This document shows positions 1 through 9,800 of a stretch of 27,279 nt of DNA, in pieces. Numbering within the stretch: position 1 is the first letter of the stretch; every line of letters begins with the position of its first letter. Position numbers and translations under genes: made by a program. The notes beneath the pieces are model-generated. The model had not been told where the DNA came from, did not search any database, and worked only from the letters and a program-made list of their open reading frames with translations. The DNA comes from a virus (lineage: Duplodnaviria; Caudoviricetes), in IMG/VR virus record IMGVR_UViG_3300011443_000046, positions 1 through 27,279 of that record; one strand, written 5' to 3'.

Positions 1-44
1 CAAAGCCATGACGAAACGGATTCAAGGGAGAGGTTCACCGTTCA

Positions 45-1103
45 TCAGTTGAGACGCCGTAGGAGGACTTGTGTGAAGGTCTCGTCGTAGCCTTGGGCGG
101 CGGCTGCGCCGACAGAGAAGGTGTCGGGCGAGTACGCACGGAGCGTCAAGGCGGTGGACGTGGCAACAGTGACGACGGCCTTCAACGGCACACTGTGAAC
201 GTCGTCATCCGATCCGGTCTGCGTTCCTGACGTCGCGAGAACAGCCGAAGTCGTGTTGTCGTAGAGGAGGAAAACTATCGGGTCGGCGTTGCTCGAAACA
301 AACGGCATGACGGCGTCGATCTCGTAGGTTCCGGCTTCGACGGTGAAAATGTTCGCCGCCAGGGCGAGCCAGGTGACGGTCGAAGTCGTCGTCAAACGGA
401 CGACTGTTTCGGTCGCGGCAGAAACCGCCTGCGCGACGGTGCCGGAAGCACCCGTGTCGCGCAGCCACGCGACGGCGTTCGTCCCTCCGCTCGACGCCGT
501 GATGGACGTCAACCGTCCGTCGGCCCTGACGCTTAGGCTCGTCGGGTTGGTGTAGGTGCCAGCGGTAATGACCTGCGGAAGCAGGCTATCCAAATCGACG
601 AGTTGAGCCTTGGCTCCGGCAGCCGCCGAAGCGTTCGTTATCAGGATGCCGTCTGCCGCAGACGTCGCTTCCCCGATTAATGGAGCCTGATTGATCAGGC
701 TCTCCGCAAAGTAAGCTATCGTCGACTTTCGCGACTCGACGACGTCGGCCCTGTGCCAGACGACGGTATCCGCCGTGTAATCATCGAACGCTGTCGCGAC
801 AGTCGGCAGCGTCCCGACGCTCGCCAAAAAGCTCGAAACGGTGATGACGCTGTTCGCGTCCTCGGAGTCGTCCCCGATCAGGATCGTGTCTGTTCCCTCA
901 AGCTGCGTGATGAGATTCAACCCGCTCAACAACAAGTCCGGCGCAAGATCGGAGAACGACACAGCGCCGTCTTCGATGTCCCCTGCTCCCACGCTCCCCG
1001 TGATGGACACTTGAGGTGTCCCCAGCAAATGCCACTGGTCAATGCTCGGGACCATCCCGAGCGTGAACGTGACCGACCGTGTAACTGTTGCTGTAAGGCT
1101 CAT
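45..1103 (-). CDS. Tail fibre/tail-associated structural protein (352 aa)
   Basis: Directly after the nozzle gene; Ala/Thr/Ser/Gly rich; fibre-like motif ITAGTYTNPTSLSVRADGRLTSI; C-terminal beta-sandwich-like region; no signal peptide. Confidence 0.65.
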   Translation of the reverse strand: MSLTATVTRSVTFTLGMVPSIDQWHLLGTPQVSITGSVGAGDIEDGAVSFSDLAPDLLLSGLNLITQLEGTDTILIGDDSEDANSVITVSSFLASVGTLPTVATAFDDYTADTVVWHRADVVESRKSTIAYFAESLINQAPLIGEATSAADGILITNASAAAGAKAQLVDLDSLLPQVITAGTYTNPTSLSVRADGRLTSITASSGGTNAVAWLRDTGASGTVAQAVSAATETVVRLTTTSTVTWLALAANIFTVEAGTYEIDAVMPFVSSNADPIVFLLYDNTTSAVLATSGTQTGSDDDVHSVPLKAVVTVATSTALTLRAYSPDTFSVGAAAAQGYDETFTQVLLRRLN

Positions 1104-2833
1104 ACCCGTGATCCATCAACCGTCGACCCCCTGGTCGACTCAATCGTGACTCCTGCGATTTCCATGCGTCCAGTGGTCGAGACGAACTCCAACTGGACTG
1201 ATTGACCGTTTACGCCTAATCGGCCCGATTCCTCGCTTGACTGTAAAAGATCGAAGCCAGAGCCCTCGGGCGAAGCCCGAAGAACAAAAGGGAACTCGAC
1301 CGAATAGTCCTCGCGATAGGGAGTCGATGCGTCGTGGGTTGCGTCCTCGGGATCGTAAGCCTCCGCGCCATGAGGTCTGGCAAAGACCGTCCGGTCCTTG
1401 GTGATCGTCTCGACGCTCGACGCCTCATTCAATCCGTCCGTCGTCGCCGTGACCGCAACCGTGGCGTTGGCCGTGCGGATTTTCGACGTCCAGTACTGGA
1501 ACTTTTTCTCGCCGCCCGTTTCGCCGCCGTGCCCGCGTGTGAGTAGCCGCGTGGTGATTTCATTGTGTGTGATGTTGCCGTCCGAATCCCCTGTGTCGTC
1601 GTGATAGCCAAGGTCCAAGCAGTAGATGAAGCCGTCATTCGACAAGTACCCAAGGCGCGTTGCGCCGTCCCAGGTGAATTTCAGCCACCGCAAAACATTC
1701 GTCGCGTTGCCGGTGTCGATGGACTGCCAGGATTGGGTAATGGTCGAGTAGACCAGGATCGCGTTGTTCGTCGTTGAACTGTCCAGCGGAACAGCGAAGA
1801 GAACCTTGTTCTCCAGAACAGCGGCAACGCTGTCCCGTGCGGCGTTCCAGTTGATCCGGTCGATCCAGCGTTGGACGTCCATCGACTTCGGAGCGTCGAC
1901 GCCTTGAAGCTTGTTCTGCTCGGTCTGGATGATCGAACAGACACCGCGACGGTGCCCAAGAAACCAGATGTCGGAGCCGACCTGGACGACCGATCGAGGA
2001 GCGTTGCAGCCGTATTCGTCAGTGACCGTGTCGAGGACGGCATTCGCCTCCAGTTCCTCGTTCGTCCCTTTGACGTTATAAATCACATGGACGGATCGCT
2101 CCTTGAGAGCGATCAACGTCGACTCGCTGAATTTGTACCCCGTCACCAAACGGTCGGCCGATCCCCGGTTGATCTTGAAATTTTGGTAAACCCGTTCGCC
2201 GTAAAGATTGGAGGCTTGACCACCAATGTCCGAGACCCAAAACGAGTCCGCGTAGCGAACGCCGACGCGAGCGTCAACGCCGATCACCCGTTCTTGAAAG
2301 TAAATCGCCTGCGTCAAGGGCGGTATCGGTTCCAGTCCGCTCGGCGGGCTCGGGATCGTCTCGAAGCCGTCGTCGAAGTTCGCGAGCGTAAGAGGTTGTG
2401 CTTCGCGTCCACGAAGCAGAAGCAACCCATCGTAGGTCTGAAGCAAATCGGTCGCTCCGGCGAGCGACTCGCCTGCGGCAACCGGGATCGTCTGGACGAC
2501 GTTCCCCGGACGGATGCGATAAGCCGCATCCTCGGTCACGACCACTTGCCACTCGAACCCCGACACCGGGTTCGAGAACGTCCCGGCGCAAAGTGCGTCC
2601 TCGAACGGGATAATCAGTCCGTCCCCACCGCCGACGTTCGATCCCCAGGCCATGATGGCGACCCCTTTGCGGGTCGCAGGCCATCCGGTGTCGAAGCGGC
2701 AGTTCCCGGCGTCAGCGGCCCAACCCTGCCCCAGCTGGGCAGGATCGAGCCGGGCGTTGACGCCTCGCCATAGTCCGTCACCAAGCCCTTGCGGAGCCTC
2801 GTCGAGCGGAAAATAGGAACGTTGTTTGTTCAC
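1100..2833 (-). CDS. Tail nozzle / DNA stabilization protein, P22 gp10-like (577 aa; GTG start at 2833)
   Basis: GTGA overlap with upstream stop; beta-propeller-like segments (YGCNAPRSVVQVGSDIWFL; KVLFAVPLDSSTTNNAILVY); position after adaptor. Confidence 0.75.
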   Translation of the reverse strand: MNKQRSYFPLDEAPQGLGDGLWRGVNARLDPAQLGQGWAADAGNCRFDTGWPATRKGVAIMAWGSNVGGGDGLIIPFEDALCAGTFSNPVSGFEWQVVVTEDAAYRIRPGNVVQTIPVAAGESLAGATDLLQTYDGLLLLRGREAQPLTLANFDDGFETIPSPPSGLEPIPPLTQAIYFQERVIGVDARVGVRYADSFWVSDIGGQASNLYGERVYQNFKINRGSADRLVTGYKFSESTLIALKERSVHVIYNVKGTNEELEANAVLDTVTDEYGCNAPRSVVQVGSDIWFLGHRRGVCSIIQTEQNKLQGVDAPKSMDVQRWIDRINWNAARDSVAAVLENKVLFAVPLDSSTTNNAILVYSTITQSWQSIDTGNATNVLRWLKFTWDGATRLGYLSNDGFIYCLDLGYHDDTGDSDGNITHNEITTRLLTRGHGGETGGEKKFQYWTSKIRTANATVAVTATTDGLNEASSVETITKDRTVFARPHGAEAYDPEDATHDASTPYREDYSVEFPFVLRASPEGSGFDLLQSSEESGRLGVNGQSVQLEFVSTTGRMEIAGVTIESTRGSTVDGSRV

Positions 2834-4470
2834 TGTCCTACGTTCTCCAGCAATCGGATCTTCTCCAAGGCGGCAGCGAGTTGTTCCTCGCAAGAAGGCG
2901 GTGTGCCTTCTTGGGCTTCGTACGGCCCAATGTCCCAGGCGCCGTCGAGGCCGCGCTTGTTGCCGTCAATATCCACGTCAATATCCGGCGCCATTGCCCT
3001 GAAGCGCGAAAGGTCCACCCCGGCATTTCGGGCCACGGTGTCGGCGCTGGTTAGACGGAAGTTGTACGGTGGCGAACCCTTACTGTACCCGGCGAACGCC
3101 GGACGCTTGGACGAGTTCAACTTGTACGGCGTGACCAGAGCCAAGTCCTCGGCCCTGTTTGGCCTCTGACCCATATACCAAAATGACCAGTTCGGGCCGG
3201 TCACGACGTTGGCGTCCAGCGGGAATTCCTCGTAAGTGACATCGGACGTCAACCCAGGGCCGGGAAAGCCGAACACTTCCCCGTCGTCGTTGTCGGAGTT
3301 GCTGTACGTATCCACGACGATGTTATTGTAGAAGGCGCAGTTCTTAACGGTGTACTTGTCGGTGTTGCCCCGATCACGCGTGCCCTGATAGTGAAGCGTG
3401 AAGCCAACGGCCCTGTGGTTCGGGCTGTGATACAGGTTATTGGCAAACAATATATTCGTGATTGTCGTGTTCGTGCTGTATTTCCCCGGCACCCACCACG
3501 CATCGAAGGTCATGGCGCAACCTGCGCTGGTCGGACGGAACTCGTCGACGAACACGTTGCCGTAGACCAGGAAGTCTCCCACGGTGGCGTAGCTGAATTG
3601 GGAGAACATCCAGCTGACATACCCGCCTCCGACCGCCTGGTTGTCGCCGATGATGTTGTTGTAGATACGGATCTTGGTTCCCCATGACTGGATGCCGTCG
3701 GAGTGGCCTGACGAGAAGCCGTTGATTTGGCCGGTAATGCGGTTGCGGTAGACGTCCACGCCTCCGGGGATTTGCAGTCCGTCGTCGCCGGAGTTGACGA
3801 TGAGGTTGTCGTGGATCTTTAGATCGCCCCACGACTTGTCCTTCGTGTTGGACACTCGGATGCCATCGCCAAAGACCTGGTCCTGAATCCAGCAATAGCC
3901 GACTTCCGACTGGCCAACGGCGGCGTTGAAGTTAATTCCTGCTTGATCGGATGGTAGCCCAACAGCCCCGCATCGGTAAATGTGCAACCAGAGAAGCCGC
4001 TGCCCAGTACCGCCAGACGAAAACACCCCTTGGGCCGCCTGGTTGTGGAGGTGAATGCCGATGTTATTCGTAATCCGGTCTATGTCGTGAACGGACTTCG
4101 GCGCAACGAAGTTCGGGTCAAGCGCACCGTTGACCGTGACCCACGACTTGTTTCCGATATTGATGCCGCCGAGATTCACGTGGCCGTTGCGAGCCGGATC
4201 GCTCGCAAGCCTAACGGTCATGGGTGAGGTGGGCTTCCCCAGCGACCGGTCGAAGCCGATGTTCAGCCAAGCGACGCCGAAGTCACCTTTCGCCAGTTCA
4301 AGCGTGTCGCCAGCGCGAAACGCGGTCCATGTGATTTGCGAGAGGTCCGTCCACGCATCGGTCCAAGTCCTGCCGGTTCGCAGCCCCGTTGACGACTGGT
4401 CGACGTACCACGTCGCTGCGTTGGTTATGCCGGAGAGAAAGACCGCGAATAGTGTGAGCAGCTTGGTCAT
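2830..4470 (-). CDS. Secreted-type right-handed beta-helix protein (polysaccharide lyase-like) with choice-of-anchor-Q-like C-terminus (546 aa)
   Basis: Signal peptide MTKLLTLFAVFLSGITNA|ATWYVD; Asn-ladder repeats (IYNNII, VYGNVF, FANNL, FYNNIV); HSDGIQ motif; C-terminal FRL..ARNAG..DIDG..R..WDIGPYE. Confidence 0.8.
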   Translation of the reverse strand: MTKLLTLFAVFLSGITNAATWYVDQSSTGLRTGRTWTDAWTDLSQITWTAFRAGDTLELAKGDFGVAWLNIGFDRSLGKPTSPMTVRLASDPARNGHVNLGGINIGNKSWVTVNGALDPNFVAPKSVHDIDRITNNIGIHLHNQAAQGVFSSGGTGQRLLWLHIYRCGAVGLPSDQAGINFNAAVGQSEVGYCWIQDQVFGDGIRVSNTKDKSWGDLKIHDNLIVNSGDDGLQIPGGVDVYRNRITGQINGFSSGHSDGIQSWGTKIRIYNNIIGDNQAVGGGYVSWMFSQFSYATVGDFLVYGNVFVDEFRPTSAGCAMTFDAWWVPGKYSTNTTITNILFANNLYHSPNHRAVGFTLHYQGTRDRGNTDKYTVKNCAFYNNIVVDTYSNSDNDDGEVFGFPGPGLTSDVTYEEFPLDANVVTGPNWSFWYMGQRPNRAEDLALVTPYKLNSSKRPAFAGYSKGSPPYNFRLTSADTVARNAGVDLSRFRAMAPDIDVDIDGNKRGLDGAWDIGPYEAQEGTPPSCEEQLAAALEKIRLLENVGQ

Positions 4471-4607
4471 GGTTTAACTTCCATCTTCATCACCTTGTTG
4501 CTTCCGGTGATAGAATCGCTTCGCGAGTACGCGCCCTGCCGGGCGACATAGACGCAGCCGATCAGGAAAACGACGACGACAAGGACGATCAAGGGGATGA
4601 ACCTCAT
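4467..4607 (-). CDS. Small lipoprotein (46 aa), not in ORF track
   Basis: Hand translation MRFIPLIVLVVVVFLIG|CVYVARQGAYSRSDSITGSNKVMKMEVKP; lipobox L-I-G-C; ATGA overlaps at both ends. Confidence 0.7.
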   Translation of the reverse strand: MRFIPLIVLVVVVFLIGCVYVARQGAYSRSDSITGSNKVMKMEVKP

Positions 4608-4780
4608 ATCAATTGTCGCACGGGTTCGTTCCAAGGGATGTCCGTCGGCGCCATGCGCAGTTCGTCTCGCCGTCTGCGGTCACCTAATTCCTCCTGCCCA
4701 ACCGGCTGTCCAGCCGATCCCGTCGCTGTTGGTCTAAACAGCAAAGGGAAGATCAGCACAATAATGGCAACCGTGTTCAA
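4604..4780 (-). CDS. Small membrane-anchored protein (58 aa, TTG start), not in ORF track
   Basis: Hand translation MNTVAIIVLIFPLLFRPTATGSAGQPVGQEELGDRRRRDELRMAPTDIPWNEPVRQLI; fills the gap exactly with TTGA and ATGA overlaps. Confidence 0.55.
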   Translation of the reverse strand: MNTVAIIVLIFPLLFRPTATGSAGQPVGQEELGDRRRRDELRMAPTDIPWNEPVRQLI

Positions 4781-5289
4781 GGTTTCTTGGCTTCAACCGC
4801 CTGCTTCAGTTCAATGTCCGCAACCCGCTCCCGCATCGCGTTGGCGACGTCGAAGGCATTCAAGGACTGCTCCTTGATGGCGTTCAACTTGGACTCGATG
4901 GTGACATTGCGCGTGCTGGCGTCCATCTGCATGGAAGTCACGGTCGCCGTGACGGCGTTCATGCTCTTGAGGATCTCGTCCAGTTTACGGTCCGAAGCCA
5001 AAGCCGTCGTCGCGTCGACTTTCCGAAACTGCTCATACTGCCAGATGAAGCGGTCGAGTTTCTCGTCGCTGGCTTTCCTGGCGTTCTGCTCGGCGATTGC
5101 CGTTTTGTCGAAACCATCCATCCGGGTCTCGACGCCAGTGAGACGGTCGTCAAAAGCGGTCACTTTGCCTAACTTGACCAAGGCACTGGACCCAGCCGCC
5201 ATCGCGCCTAACGCAAGGCACGTCATAATAACGTAAACCACAGGCTTCGGGAATATGCCCCACGGCGACGACTTCGATTCATTGGACAC
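4777..5289 (-). CDS. Single-TM membrane protein with long coiled coil (170 aa); holin- or spanin-like candidate
   Basis: GTG at 5289 with AAGGA upstream (ORF open to 5364); TM VVYVIMTCLALGAMAAGSSALV followed by heptad-rich helix. Confidence 0.65.
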   Translation of the reverse strand: MSNESKSSPWGIFPKPVVYVIMTCLALGAMAAGSSALVKLGKVTAFDDRLTGVETRMDGFDKTAIAEQNARKASDEKLDRFIWQYEQFRKVDATTALASDRKLDEILKSMNAVTATVTSMQMDASTRNVTIESKLNAIKEQSLNAFDVANAMRERVADIELKQAVEAKKP

Positions 5290-5370
5290 AGAATCGTCCT
5301 TCAGTTGTAAACCCCACCAAAGCTCGTCGGCAAAGGCCGAACCGCATTGAAGGGCTGAGTTCACGGCAGT

Positions 5371-6012
5371 TCACTCCTCGATGGTGATGGACAGCCAGTT
5401 GGTTGGAGCCGTCACGACAATCGAGTTCGTCTTTACGAACAGATAGTTTGTCTCACCGTTCTTCCATAGGTCGTAAATCTGTCGGATTTCGTTGGACGTC
5501 TGGTTGAGGATATTCCGCTCGCCTGCGGTCAGGTTGGTGAGGGCATTCCCTCGAGCCAGTGCGGTCAGGAGGAAATACTCGCCTTTCGCCATCAATGCCG
5601 TCATGCGAAGGAAGCCGTCCTCCCAGTTACCGGCACGCATCCGAGATGTGAGTTCCTGCGAGACGGTTGAGGCCGTGTCTGAATTTATCCCGGTAATTTC
5701 CCCAGGCGTCAGGGCTCGCAGTGTCCATACCTTGGTGACGTTAGTCGGAGTGAGCGTGAAACCGCCGTCGTTGATATTCGTCCCAGCAGGTTGGACCGTC
5801 TGCTGCAATGTCGCGTCGGGTTTCTGTGGAACGACCAGCAATCGGTACTGAGCGACCTTCTCAGGCTTTCCGCCGAAGCGGTACGAGTCCACCAACCCTG
5901 CGCTGATCTCCTCGTAACCCACGATCAGGTTGCGCTCGGCATTCAGGACGGCGTGCGTCTCACCCTTGGAAGCGAACGCAATCAAGCAAATGACTGCGAC
6001 AATGGTTTTCAT
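5371..6012 (-). CDS. Tail fibre assembly chaperone-like protein with signal peptide (213 aa)
   Basis: Follows fibre/LamG genes; motif P.KPDATLQQ...VWTLRALTPGE resembles fibre chaperones; N-term MKTIVAVICLIAFASKG|E. Confidence 0.55.
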   Translation of the reverse strand: MKTIVAVICLIAFASKGETHAVLNAERNLIVGYEEISAGLVDSYRFGGKPEKVAQYRLLVVPQKPDATLQQTVQPAGTNINDGGFTLTPTNVTKVWTLRALTPGEITGINSDTASTVSQELTSRMRAGNWEDGFLRMTALMAKGEYFLLTALARGNALTNLTAGERNILNQTSNEIRQIYDLWKNGETNYLFVKTNSIVVTAPTNWLSITIEE

Positions 6013-6842
6013 CTCAAGTGCCTCGCTGCTCCAGAATTATAAAGATCAGTGATATCATCTGCCGACAGAACTGTATGCCACACAGACAGTTCATCAATTA
6101 ATCCATCGAAGTACCATCCGTCGCTTGAGAAGTTTCTGCGACCCACGTTCACTGGAGCGCCGGAATTAGGCGGGTCAATCGTCTTTGCACCGAAAGTGTC
6201 AGGAGTTCCAGCGTCCTTGTAGATTTTCATCTCGTTACTGGAAGGATCGAAAGTCGCTGCGACAAAGTACCATGTCGCCGTTGACAGAGCCCCTCCGTTT
6301 GTCGAGATAACGGCATCAGTGGATGCGCTCGAAGCCCTTCCTAACGCGAAGAACAACCGGGCTGCTGTTCCACCGTATGCGAGAACGTATTCGTTATTGC
6401 CGGACGAATTGCTGCTTTTGGAGGTGATGCAACTATTCGATCCAGCTCCGGCAAAAGACTCAAAATTTACCCAGGCTGTAATAGACAGGGTAACATTCGT
6501 ACCCATGGACAAGTCGTCATTGTCCGTCTTCGAGAAATACTCACCAAGTTCAAGATCTGCCGCGTTGGTAAGGATGCCCGTAGCAGACGCGCTGAATGGA
6601 GTCACGTCTGTCAAATCGTAACCGGAGAATTTATCCACGCGAGTCACGGCGCTTGTCCCGGCGGCAACCTCGTCCATATCCCAATAGCTGATGAGGCCAT
6701 TGGTTGGAACTAAACCGTCGAAGTAATCTCCTGTGGAAGCTCCGATCACGAACGACCGGCTGCGTCCAGGCAAGTAACTCTGCTGACACCACACCGCCAG
6801 CGTCAGGAAGGCGACGAGTAGGAATGGAACAGTCCTCACCAT
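6009..6842 (-). CDS. LamG/concanavalin A-like jelly-roll protein with signal peptide (277 aa; start ATG 6842 or GTG 6839)
   Basis: GLISYWDMDE, SITAWVNFES, WYFVAATFD, YFDGLIDELSVWHTVLSADDITDLYN are LamG_3-type motifs; N-term MVRTVPFLLVAFLTLAVWC|QQ. Confidence 0.85.
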   Translation of the reverse strand: MVRTVPFLLVAFLTLAVWCQQSYLPGRSRSFVIGASTGDYFDGLVPTNGLISYWDMDEVAAGTSAVTRVDKFSGYDLTDVTPFSASATGILTNAADLELGEYFSKTDNDDLSMGTNVTLSITAWVNFESFAGAGSNSCITSKSSNSSGNNEYVLAYGGTAARLFFALGRASSASTDAVISTNGGALSTATWYFVAATFDPSSNEMKIYKDAGTPDTFGAKTIDPPNSGAPVNVGRRNFSSDGWYFDGLIDELSVWHTVLSADDITDLYNSGAARHLR

Positions 6843-9800
6843 GCGGACGGCTCCGTCGTGGTTTCGGTGTACTGGAGGTGAACGCCGAACAGGCGTTCCA
6901 AGACGCTCGAATTGTCGTCGGCGTGACCAGGAAGTCGCTTCAACGTGAACCAAGTCATGTGACCGGCGGCTGGGCTGCCGCCGATTGTCACCGCACTCGT
7001 CGCGGCTGTGATCGTCAGGACGTTGGTGTCATTCGCGCCGACGGTCGTGAGGTTCACCAAAGTCCCAAGGGTGTTCCCGCCTGTTTCCCCGCTGTTGAGG
7101 GAACCTCCTCCAAAGGCCCAGACGTTCGTTGACGTAGCTTCGGCGGTAACCTGCTTGAAGTGGACCTTCGCCTTGACCGTGCCAGCGTCCCAAGCCTGCG
7201 GAAGCGTCAGCGTCCAGTAAACCGAATTGGTCGAAGTCGCGCTGAAGTCCCATGTCTCGGCACGCTGACCGTCGGTCGTCGTGGCCCAGACGTTCGTCGA
7301 AGCAGTAGGAGCGTCAGAGGTTCCGCCTCCCATCGCATTGGCGGGAATCCAGATTTCACGGATGACGCCCGTACGGGTCCGCATGACATTGCCGGAACCC
7401 GTTGCCGAAACCGCAGTAAGTGCACCTCCGCTATCGGCCAAAGCAAAGCCAGAGGCAATATCCACGACATTCACCTTCCCGTCGTCGTCCGTGTCGAACA
7501 GGTGACCCCAGTCGTAAAGGACGTTCTGGCTTGGGGCGACGGTCGTCTGACCGTTCAACGCCGAAGCGAAAGCCGTGTCGCTGATCGTTCCATTGCCGAC
7601 GACGTTCGCAGAAGCATTGTAGTCAACGAACCAGATAATCACCCGCTGGTCCGGTGCGGCAGCGTTCCATGCGCCCGAGATAAGAAGGCGACACTCGTTC
7701 GTATGCTGCTGGCCTTCCTCAATAGTCATCACCGGCAACGCATCGGCTGTATTTCCCTCAGCCGTCATAAACACGCCGTAGTTCGTCGTCGTGAAGTAAT
7801 TGGAAAGCGTGACAGTCAGAAAGATCGGAGTGACCGAATCACCGTCCGTAACCGTGAGGCCGGTCACGATGCCGAACATGGCGTTTGTGACGAGGATCTC
7901 ACTATCAAGAACTGGCGTGTTGAACTTGACGTCGAATCCTCCGACAACCTGCATGAGGCTTCCGAAGTTCGTTCCCGCCGATCCTCCAGTGGCGGCGGCC
8001 CAACTAGGCAGGCCAGAAGCAAGAGTCAAAACCTGCGTGTCGCTTCCTTTGGCCAGGTTCGTCCAGCCGGTGGCATCGCGGTACAGGATGTCCCCGGAAA
8101 CCCCAGCCCCAATACCAGCCAAGCGGGTCAAGGTGGCGTTGGTATATTGAGCGTCCGTAATGCCGTAGCCGCCAAGAGTCGTGGGAGTGGAGAAGAGGGT
8201 GTTCCAGTTCTGCGTCCCAACGTGATTGGTGCGGTTCAGCAATGAAGCAAGCGCAGCCGCCGTCAGCTTGTTGGTCCCGATGGACGCATTGGCCACCGTC
8301 GCCGTAACACTTCCGCCTGTCTCCCCAAACGTAATGATGTCTGTTGAGGTGAAATCTGCCGTCGCGAGAGTGCTGCCAGCATCCACCTTCACGTCACTTC
8401 CGCCACCTCCTCCAGCCAACAGGAGAGAATGGAAGTTGGCGTCGATCCTGTTGGTAGAAATCGACCCATCGACAAGGCTGTGAGCCGCATTGGTGCTGCC
8501 AGTCACGTCTACTGCGATCTCGGCTGAATCCCCAAGATTAAGCGACACGTACGGCCCCGCCGCATCCACGAACACGGACGTTCCATTCGTGGCACCGGCT
8601 CCTCCTGTTCCGCCTCCTCCGGTCCCGGGGCCAGCGAAACCCTCAGCGTACAGCACAGCCGCTCCGTTGATGTTCGTAACCGAGATGCGACGCAGGGCGT
8701 TGCTTATCCACGTCGAGATGCCTGCATTCGGATAAGCCGTCTTATCCAACTGGAACATGGTACTGGACCCGTGCTGCCACCTAAACAGTGTGTTGGTCGA
8801 ATGGGTACTTGGGACCGTGAACCTCAACCCGCTCGTTCCGTTTGTGGGTACCGCCGCATAAACAGGAGCGTCATCTGTATGGGTAATGGTACCATCACTC
8901 TCGAACCGAACAGTCTCCACGCGGCTTGTGGAATTCTGTGGTGTGACCTCAAAGTATATTTCGGTGTTGTGATTTGTCGTATTCCACACCGTAGGGGCGT
9001 ATCCAATCATGCCTCCTCTGGCACTGGTCACGGCATTGCTGTCGTGGCCCGCAAAGAATATCGAACCAAGACTACTTACAGATGTGCCCGTTATGTTGGT
9101 CCGACCACCGGTGGTTCGGAGCATCGTTATTTGAGGCGGCGAATTGCTGTACCCGATGACAAAAAGGCCGGGCGCGTCGTCCGACTCCTCCCCAACAACC
9201 GTCATCTGACCTGTCAGGCCATCAAACCTCCATAGGTAATTATCCTCGGTGGCGCCGGTCTGATCTGTCGCAAACATCAGATTCTCGTTGGAGCCACTCA
9301 GGACGTTCGTTTTACCAATATCCAAATCCTCGAAGCGAATCGTCGGATTGTCGCCGCGAATGGACAGTTGCTCGCTTTGGGCAAGTGTGTCGAATGAGTT
9401 CGCTGGAACATCCAACGAGTTGTCTATGACTCGGACTCCGGTGTTGCCGGTAATCTTCACCCCACGGAAAGCGTTATTGTTCGAGGTCGAATCAAACTCA
9501 ATGATCGTCTCAGGTGCCGCGTATCCCTGATTCGCGGACGATGTCCATGCGAAGAAACTTCCAGTAAATAGGTTCTGATCGGCACCATGCTTTAGCCGAA
9601 GAAATCGCGACGTGTTTGTGTAGGCAAAATCGGCGACAAAGCCGCTGTACACGTTTGCGTCTGAACCGCGCAACACAATCAAGTCTCCTCCGTTGTCCTC
9701 CAGGCGAAAATCGTCAAAGCGAGAGAAGTTATTCTGACTATCTCCAGCAATAAGCATTAATGGCGCGTCCTCGTCACCCATGTACAACGCATCGCCTGTA

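Noticed and set aside
1-38. Possible start of next minus-strand gene (GTG, MNLSLESVSSWL...)
   Set aside because: Only 12 codons visible; cannot be supported
6843-6953. Upstream extension of the LamG ORF (314 aa version); similarly the extensions to 2893, 13368, 19431, 21984, 22517 and 23283
   Set aside because: They overlap upstream genes; internal starts at stop-start junctions fit better
6009-7400. Diversity-generating retroelement targeting fibre/LamG C-termini
   Set aside because: No reverse transcriptase and no TR/VR repeat pair seen in the window
7160-8245. Long plus-strand ORFs (also 1871-2773, 11464-12405, 14090-14974, 17725-18801)
   Set aside because: Antisense shadows of high-GC genes with no recognisable motifs
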